Positions 7,079-15,012 are shown, numbered from the stretch's first letter. The stretch is 24,000 bases of DNA from Streptacidiphilus sp. 4-A2 (GCA_014284505.1 JAAFYY010000001.1:5233845-5257844); one strand, 5' to 3'. Numbers and translations are program-made. Notes: generated by a model from the sequence alone, not told the origin.

Positions 7079-7549
7079 GTGGTTGACAACCAGCACCTTT
7101 CCGCAGATCTATTTGATTATCTTGAACATTTCCCTAGTAAATTGACGGACATTAAAGGAGCTATGGAAGACGCGCTTGATAGGACCTCACCGCCCAGGTA
7201 CCCGCATTTCACGCAGCGGATATATCAGTCTGCCATCAGACAGGGAATTAGCTCAAACCGCATCAAGCGGAGCGCGTGGGAAGTACTACGTGACAGAAAC
7301 ATCAACAGCCTTACGCGCGAATTTGCAGCTCGATATATCGGCAGACACGGAAAGGTCTCAGATGGACAGCTGCTCAAGGCTGAGTTTACACACGAGCCCC
7401 TCACATCGACACGCCGGGCCATTCTGATTGCAATGCACGAGAGAGAGCACATGCCGACTTCGCTTCTGCGGAGCCTCAGGACTCCAGCGTCTGCTCTTAG
7501 GTGGACCGCAGAATATCTCTACTACGCCACCGAAATTCCCAATCCCTAG
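7079..7549 (+). CDS. HEAT/alpha-repeat-like domain, probably the C-terminal part of the RT protein
   Basis: This frame is open from 7004 and reads (KV)LLRRLGDRGDPRAIDWVLRNVVDNQHLSADLFDYLEHF...SAWEVLRDRNINSLTREFAARYIGRHGKVSDGQLL...RRAILIAMHE. Lx(2)LGx(2)GD and AARxxG are HEAT-repeat-like signatures. Joining DRDIKF (frame 1) to LLRRLG (frame 2) needs a single missing base in TTCTCC. Confidence 0.7.
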   Translation: MVDNQHLSADLFDYLEHFPSKLTDIKGAMEDALDRTSPPRYPHFTQRIYQSAIRQGISSNRIKRSAWEVLRDRNINSLTREFAARYIGRHGKVSDGQLLKAEFTHEPLTSTRRAILIAMHEREHMPTSLLRSLRTPASALRWTAEYLYYATEIPNP

Positions 7550-7563
7550 GTAGGAGAAACTCC

Positions 7564-8052
7564 ATGATAAGGGTGGCCGTCTATTTTTGCTTGGCGGTAA
7601 GCCTAGCAGCCGCAAGCTTTTTCATCAAAAACCCGGTATGGTTCAATCTCGCGATCGGTGCATCCTCCGGTTTGAGCATCCCGTTTTTTGAGTCGATAGT
7701 CAATAACCTTACGGCAATTCGCTATATTTACTACTCGCTTAGATTCTATGGAGTTGATGTGCGCATATCAACCTCCTATTTGTTTCGAGTGAAGATTGAT
7801 GGCCGGTACCTCCTCATCCGAGGACGCAGGTTTCCGGATCAGTTCCAGCCGGTTGGCGGAGTTCATAAGGTCTCATTCTCCGGGCGTCAATTTCTCGCAG
7901 GCATCGGGGCGGTCGATGATGATCTCGTCCCGATCGACCAACATAGCGCCGATGACATGCGAATCCGCATCAAGGGGCGGTATCTGCTCTCCTTTTACAA
8001 CTGGTTCAAATCCCGTGAAGGCCGTGAAGATCACCGTGCGAGAGTTTCATGA
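7564..8052 (+). CDS. two-TM protein, N-terminal part of the RT-associated putative effector
   Basis: ATG 7564 lies 8 nt after AGGAG (7551-7555) and 14 nt after the RT/alpha-repeat stop. There are two hydrophobic helices, VAVYFCLAVSLAAASFFI and WFNLAIGASSGLSIPFF. These are followed by YLFRVKIDGRYLLIRGRRFPDQFQPVGGVHK, which resembles a Nudix beta-strand plus GG element. The stop at 8050-8052 lies inside a ~50-nt stretch that reads better in another frame. Confidence 0.75.
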   Translation: MIRVAVYFCLAVSLAAASFFIKNPVWFNLAIGASSGLSIPFFESIVNNLTAIRYIYYSLRFYGVDVRISTSYLFRVKIDGRYLLIRGRRFPDQFQPVGGVHKVSFSGRQFLAGIGAVDDDLVPIDQHSADDMRIRIKGRYLLSFYNWFKSREGREDHRARVS

Positions 8053-8082
8053 AGAGCTGATCGAATCCGGTATAGTTCGGGC

Positions 8083-8352
8083 GTGGAATTCCCTTTCACG
8101 ATGCAAGACTTCAAAGGCACTCTGTATGATCGGATTCGCGTGAGTCCACTAGCCAACATGAGGGAAATTCTCATAGCAGACATTTATGAGCTCTTGCCAA
8201 ATTCTGCGCAAGCGGAATCATTCAGGCAACTGATTCAGTCAGGAGTTCCTGAGATTATTTGGGTTACTGCCCAGGATATTCTCCAAGGGAGAATGCCTGC
8301 TGGCTCTCCTGCTGGAACGCATATCGCACCTCATGCCAAGAAGATTCTTTAA
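8083..8352 (+). CDS. C-terminal part of the same RT-associated protein (Nudix-like domain continuation)
   Basis: This ORF is in the same reading frame as 7564..8052. The intervening 8036-8085 reads TVREFHEELIESGIVR in the +1 frame, where REFHEE resembles the Nudix box RE-U-x-EE. Restoring one G in CGGGC (~8078) rejoins ...GIVRGVEFPFTMQDFKGTLYDRIRVSP.... Stop is TAA at 8350-8352. Confidence 0.65.
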   Translation: MEFPFTMQDFKGTLYDRIRVSPLANMREILIADIYELLPNSAQAESFRQLIQSGVPEIIWVTAQDILQGRMPAGSPAGTHIAPHAKKIL

Positions 8353-8459
8353 TTGGTGCCACAATGTCCGTTCACAGTCCCTTTCAGGCAACCCTCGCCG
8401 CAGACAGGGCTGTAGGTGGGAACTGCCAGGCGAACCGGTACGCACCTAAGCTCGGCTCC

Positions 8460-8800
8460 ATGATGCTGCGTAGGTCTCCGCCCGTGGTGCGCACCATCCG
8501 AATTGATCAATTGGGGCACGGCTCGGTCAGCGCGCTTCTGATCAGCGTCTGTCCCGGGCCGCACCTTTGCAGCGCCGTGCACACGTACCTCTTTATCGAT
8601 GGACTCGACTTGATCGCGCGCAGCTTCGACGGCGCGGCCGGCGGCTGTCCGAGTCAGCTTCTCAGGCCTGGGGGACTGCTCCACCCCACCGTTCAAGCCC
8701 GTACCGTGGATGTAGCCGCCCAGGACTCGGCCAACGGCTCCCCTGAGGTCTACGTCCAGGTCCGGCTCCGAGGTCAGACCGTCACTCGGTCATCACAAGA
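8460..8800 (+). CDS. hypothetical protein (end uncertain)
   Basis: ATGATG at 8460. The frame reads ...HTYLFIDGLDLIARSFDGAAGGCPSQLLRPGGLLHPTVQARTVDVAAQDSANGSPEVYVQVRLRGQTVT, with clearly G/C-enriched third positions over 8580-8770. The ORF stays open to 9068, but the sequence there looks less protein-like. No family recognised. Confidence 0.3.
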
Positions 8801-9133
8801 TCGAGCGGGGCTACTCGAGATGGGGCAAGAACGAGTCAGCTGCGCAGAACCGGGCCTCGTGCCCCTTGCGTGCCCCAACGGGCGGAGGCGAGCGGTAAAT
8901 CACGGTGAGACTGAGGTCTGTCAGCCCAGCAGCTCGCCCGTCCCGAGCGGGGCGAAAAGGCAGGTCAAGGCCGGTTTTGCATACTCACAGAGGCAGTGCT
9001 TCCCAAGCTCAGAGCGCGAGTTCGATTCTCTTCAGACCTCCAGGACCTGCCCTGTGGTGGTGGGGTAGACGGCCCTTTCCGCACCCCGGGTCCCGTCTTT
9101 TCCCGTGCGGACGACCCCACCACTCGCAGGATG

Positions 9134-9610
9134 TTAGTGGTCGGACCGGGTGACTTCGCCGAGATGCGGGCTATGCCACGGCGAGGACTCCTCGCTGGGG
9201 CGGCTGGCCGCAGGGCGCGGCCTGAGGGCCTCCTCGGCTATCTCCTCGGGAGAAAGACGGCTGATCTTCTCGCCTGCTTCGGTCTCGACCAGGGTCAATG
9301 CGCCGATCCAGTCCCCGTCGGGGTACTCCCAGCTGGCGGGCTCCTCAAGAATCGCCGGAAGCTGAGCGCGAGGCACCAGCTCGCCGTCCTGGATGCCATC
9401 TCTCCCGGAAGGGGAGGTCCACGGCGCGACCCGGCGGACCTCGATCCACCCGCGATCGATGAGACCGAGCAAGATCCCCGCTCGCTGACCGGCCGGGAGT
9501 AATCGTCATCGTCGAGGTCGGCCAAGACCCCGGCAGGATGTCCCCCTCCAGGAGTTGAGGAAGAAGGCTAGCTCGGCCTTGGTCAGCGCGTCCCACACTT
9601 GCTTGCTCAC
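9134..9610 (-). CDS. hypothetical protein, frame-disrupted near its N-terminus
   Basis: The 112-aa ORF 9134..9472 reads LIDRGWIEVRRVAPWTSPSGRDGIQDGELVPRAQLPAILEEPASWEYPDGDWIGALTLVETEAGEKISRLSPEEI and has very high third-position G/C. Upstream pieces in other frames (VSKQVWDALTKAELAFFLNSW from GTG 9610; LADLDDDDYSRPVSERG) suggest a ~155-aa protein. No family recognised. Confidence 0.5.
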
Positions 9611-9931
9611 CCGGCAATCGTCGCAGAGACAGGCCTCCTACACAGCTGGCAGAATCGTCAACTCGAACCTGACCGCACAGCCGGGGTGAGCCCGGGCAGC
9701 GTGAGAAGCGTCACCTAAGGTTGGGGGCCATCGGCCGGCGGTCCGCTGGATCGCTGCCGCGTCGCGAGCGTTCGCAAGGGCAGGGTTCACGTCATCTGGC
9801 GCCAGGGACGGCGTGCCACAGGCGTGCCAGGTTGGGCGGGAAGCGGCGGGGATTCGCGGGGAACAGCGGCGTGAGCGGGGCTCCGGCGCAGGTCAGGGGA
9901 TTGGCTGGTCAGCACGGATCCGGGGGCGGAC

Positions 9932-10026
9932 TCTTCCAAACTAGCTACGCGGGTTCGATTCCCGTCGCCCGCTCCACACGACCCGGCCCCAGCTCAGCGA
10001 CCTGATCGCAGAGCCGGGGCCGGTCT
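9932..10026 (+). repeat. 95-bp direct repeat, right copy (attR-like: partial tRNA-Gly 3' end plus terminator)
   Basis: Identical to 565-659. Positions 9932-9976 equal the 3' 45 nt of tRNA-Gly, but the 5' half is absent (preceded by CGGGGGCGGAC), so this is not a functional tRNA. The hairpin copy is followed by TCTGCGTTTT. Confidence 0.9.
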
Positions 10027-10156
10027 GCGTTTTGGGGCTGCTTCTCCAGCGTGCCTGTTCAGTCGGCTGGGCTGTGCCCGTTCCGGCTGGTGGTGGCGGA
10101 AGTGGGGTGCCATCGGGTGGGGGCAGGAGTAGGTTCCCAATCGGACGATCACACGG

Positions 10157-10516
10157 ATGGGTTCGGGGAGCGCCGTCATGGCGACTGAGAAGCGGGTACC
10201 GCAGGTGAACGACGACCGGCTGTGCTGGTTGGCCGTACGCGAGGAGCTGGGGAAGAAGTCGCGCAAGCCGGGCCTGGTCGGGGTGTTCAGCCTGCTGGGC
10301 GGAGCGCGTGGCGGGCACGGCGGGACGCGGTTGGGCGGGGACATGCGGCGGGAGGGGTCGTCGGACCGGATGGGCGACTACGCACTGGCCGTGGACGCGG
10401 CCTCCGGGACGCTCTCGGCCGAGGAGCGCAAGCATCTGCGGGCCACCGGCGAGGTGCCGGAGTGGTTCCTGGCCGAGGTGGAGCGCCGGGCCACGGTCAT
10501 CAAGAAGCAGCGCTGA
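10157..10516 (+). CDS. hypothetical protein
   Basis: 119-aa ORF with almost uniformly G/C third positions, ending ...HLRATGEVPEWFLAEVERRATVIKKQR. The start may be the internal ATG at 10178 (MATEKRV). Confidence 0.7.
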   Translation: MGSGSAVMATEKRVPQVNDDRLCWLAVREELGKKSRKPGLVGVFSLLGGARGGHGGTRLGGDMRREGSSDRMGDYALAVDAASGTLSAEERKHLRATGEVPEWFLAEVERRATVIKKQR

Positions 10517-10558
10517 CAAAAAGCATTGGCTGACAAGAAGGCATTGAGGGGCGGGACG

Positions 10559-10953
10559 ATGGAGCTGGTACAGATCCGACTGGTGGTCCAGGACTTCGGG
10601 GCGTGCTTCCGGTTCTACCGGGACGTGCTGGGGCTGGAACCGCAGGTGGACGACGACACGGGCCCGTACGGCAAGTTCAGCCTGCCCGGGGGCGGGGCGG
10701 CGATCGCCCTCCAGGCCCGCGAGCACCTCGCGACGGACGCCCCCTGGCTGGGCGGGCCCGGCAGCGGGGACCGTGCGCTGATCGTGCTGAAGGTGGACGA
10801 TCTGGACGCCGTCGGCTCGGAGCTGCACGCGCGGGCGCGCGCTGGGAGACCGAGCCGCGGACCCAGTGGGAGCGGCTGCGGGTGGCCTACCTGCGCGATC
10901 CCGAGGGAAACCTGGTCGAGTTCCAGCAGTGGCTGGCGCCCCGGGCGGACTGA
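10559..10953 (+). CDS. VOC-family (glyoxalase/bleomycin-resistance-like) protein, one frame break
   Basis: Reads MELVQIRLVVQDFGACFRFYRDVLGLEP...ALIVLKVDDLDAVGSELHAR, then after a frame change near 10835 continues GARWETEPRTQWERLRVAYLRDPEGNLVEFQQW. This is the typical VOC beta-alpha-beta-beta-beta pattern. Confidence 0.7.
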
Positions 10954-11038
10954 ACGAATCGAACGCCGGTACGCTCGTGCCGCCCACGGTTCACCCTTCA
11001 CGCATCAGCGGAGCCGCACAGTGCGCCCCACGCGGCGA

Positions 11039-11806
11039 ATGCAGGTGATCCAGCACAGCATCGTCCGGGAGATGGCCTGCCTCGGGCGCGAGTTCGAGAT
11101 CGACGGCAGCGTGGTGCGCGGCCCGGGGACGACCGCCGTGGCGGTCCGCGAGCACGCCGACGACACCGGCGGGCATGTGGACCTCGGCTATGTGCTGCGG
11201 CTGGGCGACGGGGCGGGCCCGGTGGTCTGGGACTGCACCGCCGGCCTCGGCCGCACCGAGGAGGAACGGCTGACCAACGCGGTGCGGATGTGGCGGACCA
11301 CGACCGCCTCGGCGATGGTGGAGCTGCTGGAGCGGCGCGGCGTGCACGGGGACCACTTCGCCCCCGGGGCGGCGGGCGGGGTCCCGGGCTGGCACACGGT
11401 CCAGGGTCCGGCCTGCGTGTTCGGCTTCGAGAGCGGGCCGCTGGGCGACTGGGTCGCCGGGCAGCTGCTGCTGCCGACGGTGACCGCGCAGGTGCTGCCC
11501 CGGCTGCGGGAGCCGATGGTCAACGGGGTGCGCTTCTTCTTCGGCGGCCGCAGCGGGGACGAGGTCGCCGAAGTGCGGGTGAACGGGGAACCCGCACCCG
11601 ACGCCTCGGCGGCGCTGCGGGCGCTGCCCTGGCCCAGGGGCGAGCGGCTGGCCTGGGCCCGGTGCTTCATCCTGCTGGTCGCCGACCCCGCGGCACTGGC
11701 CGGGGTCGAGGCGCCGGCCGGGGTCGAGGGGCGGTCCCGGCAGGCCCGCGGGCAGACGGCGGCCGGAGCGGGCGCAAGGCTGCTCCGGCGATGGCTCCGG
11801 CCCTGA
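11039..11806 (+). CDS. hypothetical protein
   Basis: Continuous frame from ATG 11039 (alternative GTG 11021) with near-total G/C at third positions. Reads MQVIQHSIVREMACLGREFEIDGSVVRGPG...WHTVQGPACVFGFESGPLGDWVAGQLLLPTV.... No family assigned with confidence. Confidence 0.65.
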   Translation: MQVIQHSIVREMACLGREFEIDGSVVRGPGTTAVAVREHADDTGGHVDLGYVLRLGDGAGPVVWDCTAGLGRTEEERLTNAVRMWRTTTASAMVELLERRGVHGDHFAPGAAGGVPGWHTVQGPACVFGFESGPLGDWVAGQLLLPTVTAQVLPRLREPMVNGVRFFFGGRSGDEVAEVRVNGEPAPDASAALRALPWPRGERLAWARCFILLVADPAALAGVEAPAGVEGRSRQARGQTAAGAGARLLRRWLRP

Positions 11807-11946
11807 CCGGACCCGAAGGCAGCGACAAGCCACCGGCACGGCAACCCCGACACCGCAACACCGGCACGGCGACCCCGACACTGCGACGCCGGTGCCGGAG
11901 GCCCGCGCCGGAAGGCCGGTGCCGGAGGCCGCCGAAATGCCGACGA

Positions 11947-11978
11947 ACTGACGTTCCATGAGTTGACGGAACGTCAGT
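11947..11978. terminator. bidirectional stem-loop
   Basis: 11-bp perfect stem ACTGACGTTCC / GGAACGTCAGT with a 10-nt loop. It lies 4 nt after the stop of the minus-strand gene 11982..12206 and downstream of the plus-strand gene ending at 11806. Confidence 0.5.
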
Positions 11979-11981
11979 ACG

Positions 11982-12206
11982 CTATTTGACGATGCCGTTG
12001 ATGGTATTGGCCACCTGGTCGATGAAGCTCTGGAGCGGAGCGGCCGCAGAAGTCTTCGCAAGGAAGAAGCCGAAGAGGATCGCCAGGACCGTATAGCCCA
12101 GCCTCATACTCTTGTTCCTGATGAAGACGATCAGGAGGATGCCCAGTAGGACGACGGCGGAGACGGAGAAGGTTGTCACTCGGGTCCACTTCCTCGTTGG
12201 CGGCAC
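11982..12206 (-). CDS. small two-TM membrane protein
   Basis: Reads ...VTTFSVSAVVLLGILLIVFIRNKSMRLGYTVLAILFGFFLAKTSAAAPLQSFIDQVANTINGIVK, with two hydrophobic spans. The likely start is GTG at 12179, behind AGGAAG, rather than 12206. Confidence 0.6.
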   Translation of the reverse strand: MPPTRKWTRVTTFSVSAVVLLGILLIVFIRNKSMRLGYTVLAILFGFFLAKTSAAAPLQSFIDQVANTINGIVK

Positions 12207-12422
12207 GCTGAGGTCTGGGCCACCTGGCAGGCCGGTGCGCTGGGCCGTCGCTGCGGCACAGTTCCCTCCCTCCCCGCCCGCCCTCCAGTGTCTCCGGAGT
12301 GAAGGGCTCCGTAAAGCACTTCAGGGGTTACAGCTGCTCAAGGTGATCCAATTCAGCCGAGAATGGCCGAAGTACGCGTGAAGATCTCAAGGTGAATGCT
12401 ACAAGTCAGCGGCGCTTCACGG

Positions 12423-13580
12423 CTATTCGCGCCAGATCAGCAGCAGTGCGCGGTCGTCGTTGAGGTCCTTGGCGACGGACTCGATGAGCCGCCAGGCGGT
12501 GCCGGTGAAGGCCGAACCGATCAGTCGGTCGGCCTCCCCCATCAACCGGTCCATGCCTTCCGCCAGATCGCGCCCGGGGACTTCCACCATCCCGTCGGTG
12601 CACAGCATCAGCAGATCGCCGTGCCGCAACTGGCCGCGCAGGCCCCGGAATTCGGCGCCGTCGTAGATGCCGAGCAGCGGCCCCTCGGCCTCCATGGTCT
12701 GCCAGCCGCCGTCCCCCATGGAGCGCTGCATGCCCGGCAGGTGGCCGGCCGAGAGCAGCTCGTAGCCGCCGGTCTCCAGGTCCAGGACCAGGTGCACGGC
12801 GCTGGCGAAGCCCTCGTCCCACTCCTGGCGCAGCAGATAGCCGTTGGCGGCCGGGAGGAAGCCGTGCGGCGGCAGCGAGCCCAGCAGGCCGCCGAAGGCG
12901 CCGGAGAGCAGCAGCGCCCGGGAGCCCGCGTCCATGCCCTTTCCGGACACGTCCGCCAGCACCGCCTCCAGCACCCGCTTGTCCTCGCCGGTCCTGGCAG
13001 CCACCAGGAAGTCCCCGGAGAAGGACTGCCCGCCCGCCGGGCGCAGTGCCATCTCCGCGTGCCAGCCCTCGGGCAGCGCCGGGATCTGGCTCTGCACCTT
13101 GAGCCGCTCACGCAGGTCGAACAGCATCGACCCGCCACCGCGCCAGGGCACGCCGACCCGGCTGCGCAGCTGCGCCAGCAGCAGCCCGCCGGCCCCGACC
13201 GCGCCCACGATCAGCACGTCCCCGGGCGTCACCCGGCCGGGCCCGGAGCCGTTGTACGGACCCAGGACGGCGGACTCGACCCCGAGCGCGGTCGCGGCGA
13301 CGGCGTACAGCAGCACCAGGCTGCCCGGGCGCAGCAGCAGGGCGGCGATGAGGACGGGCAGGGCCAGCGCGGTCGGCGGGCACCAGAGCGGGAGCAGCGT
13401 GGCCAGGGTGATCAGCGGCACCAGGACCAGCAGCCCGACGAAGGGCAGCCAGTCGGAGGCGTCGCCGCGGAAGTAGTCCACGGCGGCCCGGCGCAGCCTG
13501 CGTCGGGCCCGGTACAGCGCCCTGCGCCCCCGAGCCACGAGCGGATCCGGGGCCGGCGGCCCGGGCGATCCGGCTGACAT
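12423..13580 (-). CDS. PP2C-family (SpoIIE-like) serine phosphatase with N-terminal membrane segments
   Basis: 385 aa from ATG 13580. The N-terminal hydrophobic helices read WLPFVGLLVLVPLITLATLLPLW and ALALPVLIAALLL. The phosphatase core reads SGDFLVAARTGEDKRVLEAVLADVSGKGMDAGSRALLLSG...HLVLDLETGGYELLSAGHLPG...GDLLMLCTDGMVE...NDDRALLLIWRE. Confidence 0.85.
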   Translation of the reverse strand: MSAGSPGPPAPDPLVARGRRALYRARRRLRRAAVDYFRGDASDWLPFVGLLVLVPLITLATLLPLWCPPTALALPVLIAALLLRPGSLVLLYAVAATALGVESAVLGPYNGSGPGRVTPGDVLIVGAVGAGGLLLAQLRSRVGVPWRGGGSMLFDLRERLKVQSQIPALPEGWHAEMALRPAGGQSFSGDFLVAARTGEDKRVLEAVLADVSGKGMDAGSRALLLSGAFGGLLGSLPPHGFLPAANGYLLRQEWDEGFASAVHLVLDLETGGYELLSAGHLPGMQRSMGDGGWQTMEAEGPLLGIYDGAEFRGLRGQLRHGDLLMLCTDGMVEVPGRDLAEGMDRLMGEADRLIGSAFTGTAWRLIESVAKDLNDDRALLLIWRE

Positions 13581-14129
13581 GGAGGCTGACCTTACCGAGC
13601 CGATGTACCGGCCGTCGATGTCGCGGTCAGGTATGGGCTGGTCGGAACCGCCCGCGGGGGCCCCTGGCAGTGGGACGCCGTCCCTGTTCCCCAGGTCTGA
13701 ACCATCTCCCGGTCTCCCCCGAAGCCATGGTGCCGCTGTGCCGTTCCCTGCCGCTGCCTGTCGTGCCGCTGTGGATGGCGGGCGTTGTGCAGGACAGTAC
13801 CGAGCGGAACGGGTCCGCCGGGGTGCCCGCGGCGCTCCGCCGGGGCCGGAGCGGCTGGGTGCACGGTTTCCCGGGGTGTCCGCTGGGGATGCTTCCGGGT
13901 CGGGGCGGCCCGGCCGGCCGCCGTGGCCGGGGCGGTGACCGGGGCGGATGCCGGGGCTCCGGGAGCCCGGGGCGCCCGGGCGCGGACCGGCGCCGGGCGT
14001 GCCGCGCCGCGCGTTCCACAGGCGGGGAGCGCGGAAAAAGTTCTGCGCGCGGGGGCTTCGGCGAAGCTGCCGCGCGCCCACGCCGCGGCGGCACGCCGGG
14101 TACCGCCCTGCCGGGCCGGGAGGCGGCTC

Positions 14130-14963
14130 TCAGGCGTCGCCGGTGCCCGGTGCCGACGGAGGCTGGCAGCGGGGGCACCAGAACAGGTTGCGGGCCGCGT
14201 GGGTCTCGCTGCTGACCGGGGTGCCGCAGACCAGGCAGGGGCGCCCGGCGCGGCGGTAGACGTAGACCTCGCCGCCGTGGGCGTCCTGGCGCGGGGCGCG
14301 GCCCATCGCCTGCGGGGTGTGCTCCGGGCGGACGGTGTCGATCCAGCCGTCCCTGACCCCGTCGCGCATCAGCCCGCGCAGATCCGTCCAGATCGCGTCC
14401 CACTCGGCCCGGGTGAGGTCCCGGCCGGGCCGGTACGGGTCGATGCCCTGCCGGAAGAGCACCTCGGCGCGGTAGATGTTGCCGACCCCGGCGAGCACCT
14501 TCTGGTCCATCAGCAGGGCGGCGACGGTGGTGCCGCTGCGGCTGATGCGCTGCCAGGCCGGATCCGGCGAGTCGGCCGGACGCAACGGGTCGGGGCCGAG
14601 CCGGTGCTGGACGTCCTGCTTCTCGAAGCCGCTTATCAGCGCACAGGTGGTGGGTCCGCGCAGGTCGGCGTACTGCTCGTGGCCGGCCAGCCGGAGCCGG
14701 ATCTGGCCGACCGGCGCCGGGGCCGGTCCCTCGCCGAAGCGGACCTTGCCGTACAGGCCCAGGTGGACGTGCACCCAGCCGACGCCCTCGAAGCCGAGGA
14801 ACAGGTTCTTGCCGTGCGCCTCGGCGGCGCCGAGCACCCGCCCGTCCAGGCGCAGCGCGGCGGGCGCGAAGGGCCCCTGAGGGCTGCTCACGCGCACGGA
14901 CCGGCCGCCGAACACCCGTTGGTATTCGGCGGCGAGTCGGTGGAGGGTGTGGCCTTCGGGCAT
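14130..14963 (-). CDS. nei: Fpg/Nei-family DNA glycosylase (endonuclease VIII-like)
   Basis: The N-terminus is MPEGHTLHRLA. The H2TH motif reads LLMDQKVLAGVGNIYRAEVLF. The C-terminal zinc finger reads CLVCGTPVSSETHAARNLFWCPRCQ. 277 aa, intact. Confidence 0.9.
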   Translation of the reverse strand: MPEGHTLHRLAAEYQRVFGGRSVRVSSPQGPFAPAALRLDGRVLGAAEAHGKNLFLGFEGVGWVHVHLGLYGKVRFGEGPAPAPVGQIRLRLAGHEQYADLRGPTTCALISGFEKQDVQHRLGPDPLRPADSPDPAWQRISRSGTTVAALLMDQKVLAGVGNIYRAEVLFRQGIDPYRPGRDLTRAEWDAIWTDLRGLMRDGVRDGWIDTVRPEHTPQAMGRAPRQDAHGGEVYVYRRAGRPCLVCGTPVSSETHAARNLFWCPRCQPPSAPGTGDA

Positions 14964-15012
14964 CGGTCCGGACTGCTCGGGGGGAGCGGGGAAAGGGAGT
15001 GGCGGGTCGGGC

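Noticed and set aside
8501-8512. Perfect 12-bp A/T-rich palindrome AATTGATCAATT.
   Set aside because: Several 12-bp palindromes are expected by chance in 24 kb. It lies inside a probable coding frame, and there is no second copy or associated feature.
8353-9931. Search for an integrase or excisionase next to the attR-like repeat, and likewise at 660-737 next to attL.
   Set aside because: None of the six frames shows tyrosine-recombinase (R...HxxR...Y), serine-recombinase or Xis-like motifs, even allowing for frame changes. Only two unassigned hypothetical proteins could be supported.
13581-14129. A 550-bp gap upstream of the PP2C gene covered by ORFs in several frames, including an N-terminal extension of the PP2C ORF to 14081.
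   Set aside because: Third-position G/C in the extension drops to roughly background; about a third of the codons I checked at ~13640-13750 end in A/T. The translations are low-complexity, so no CDS could be supported.
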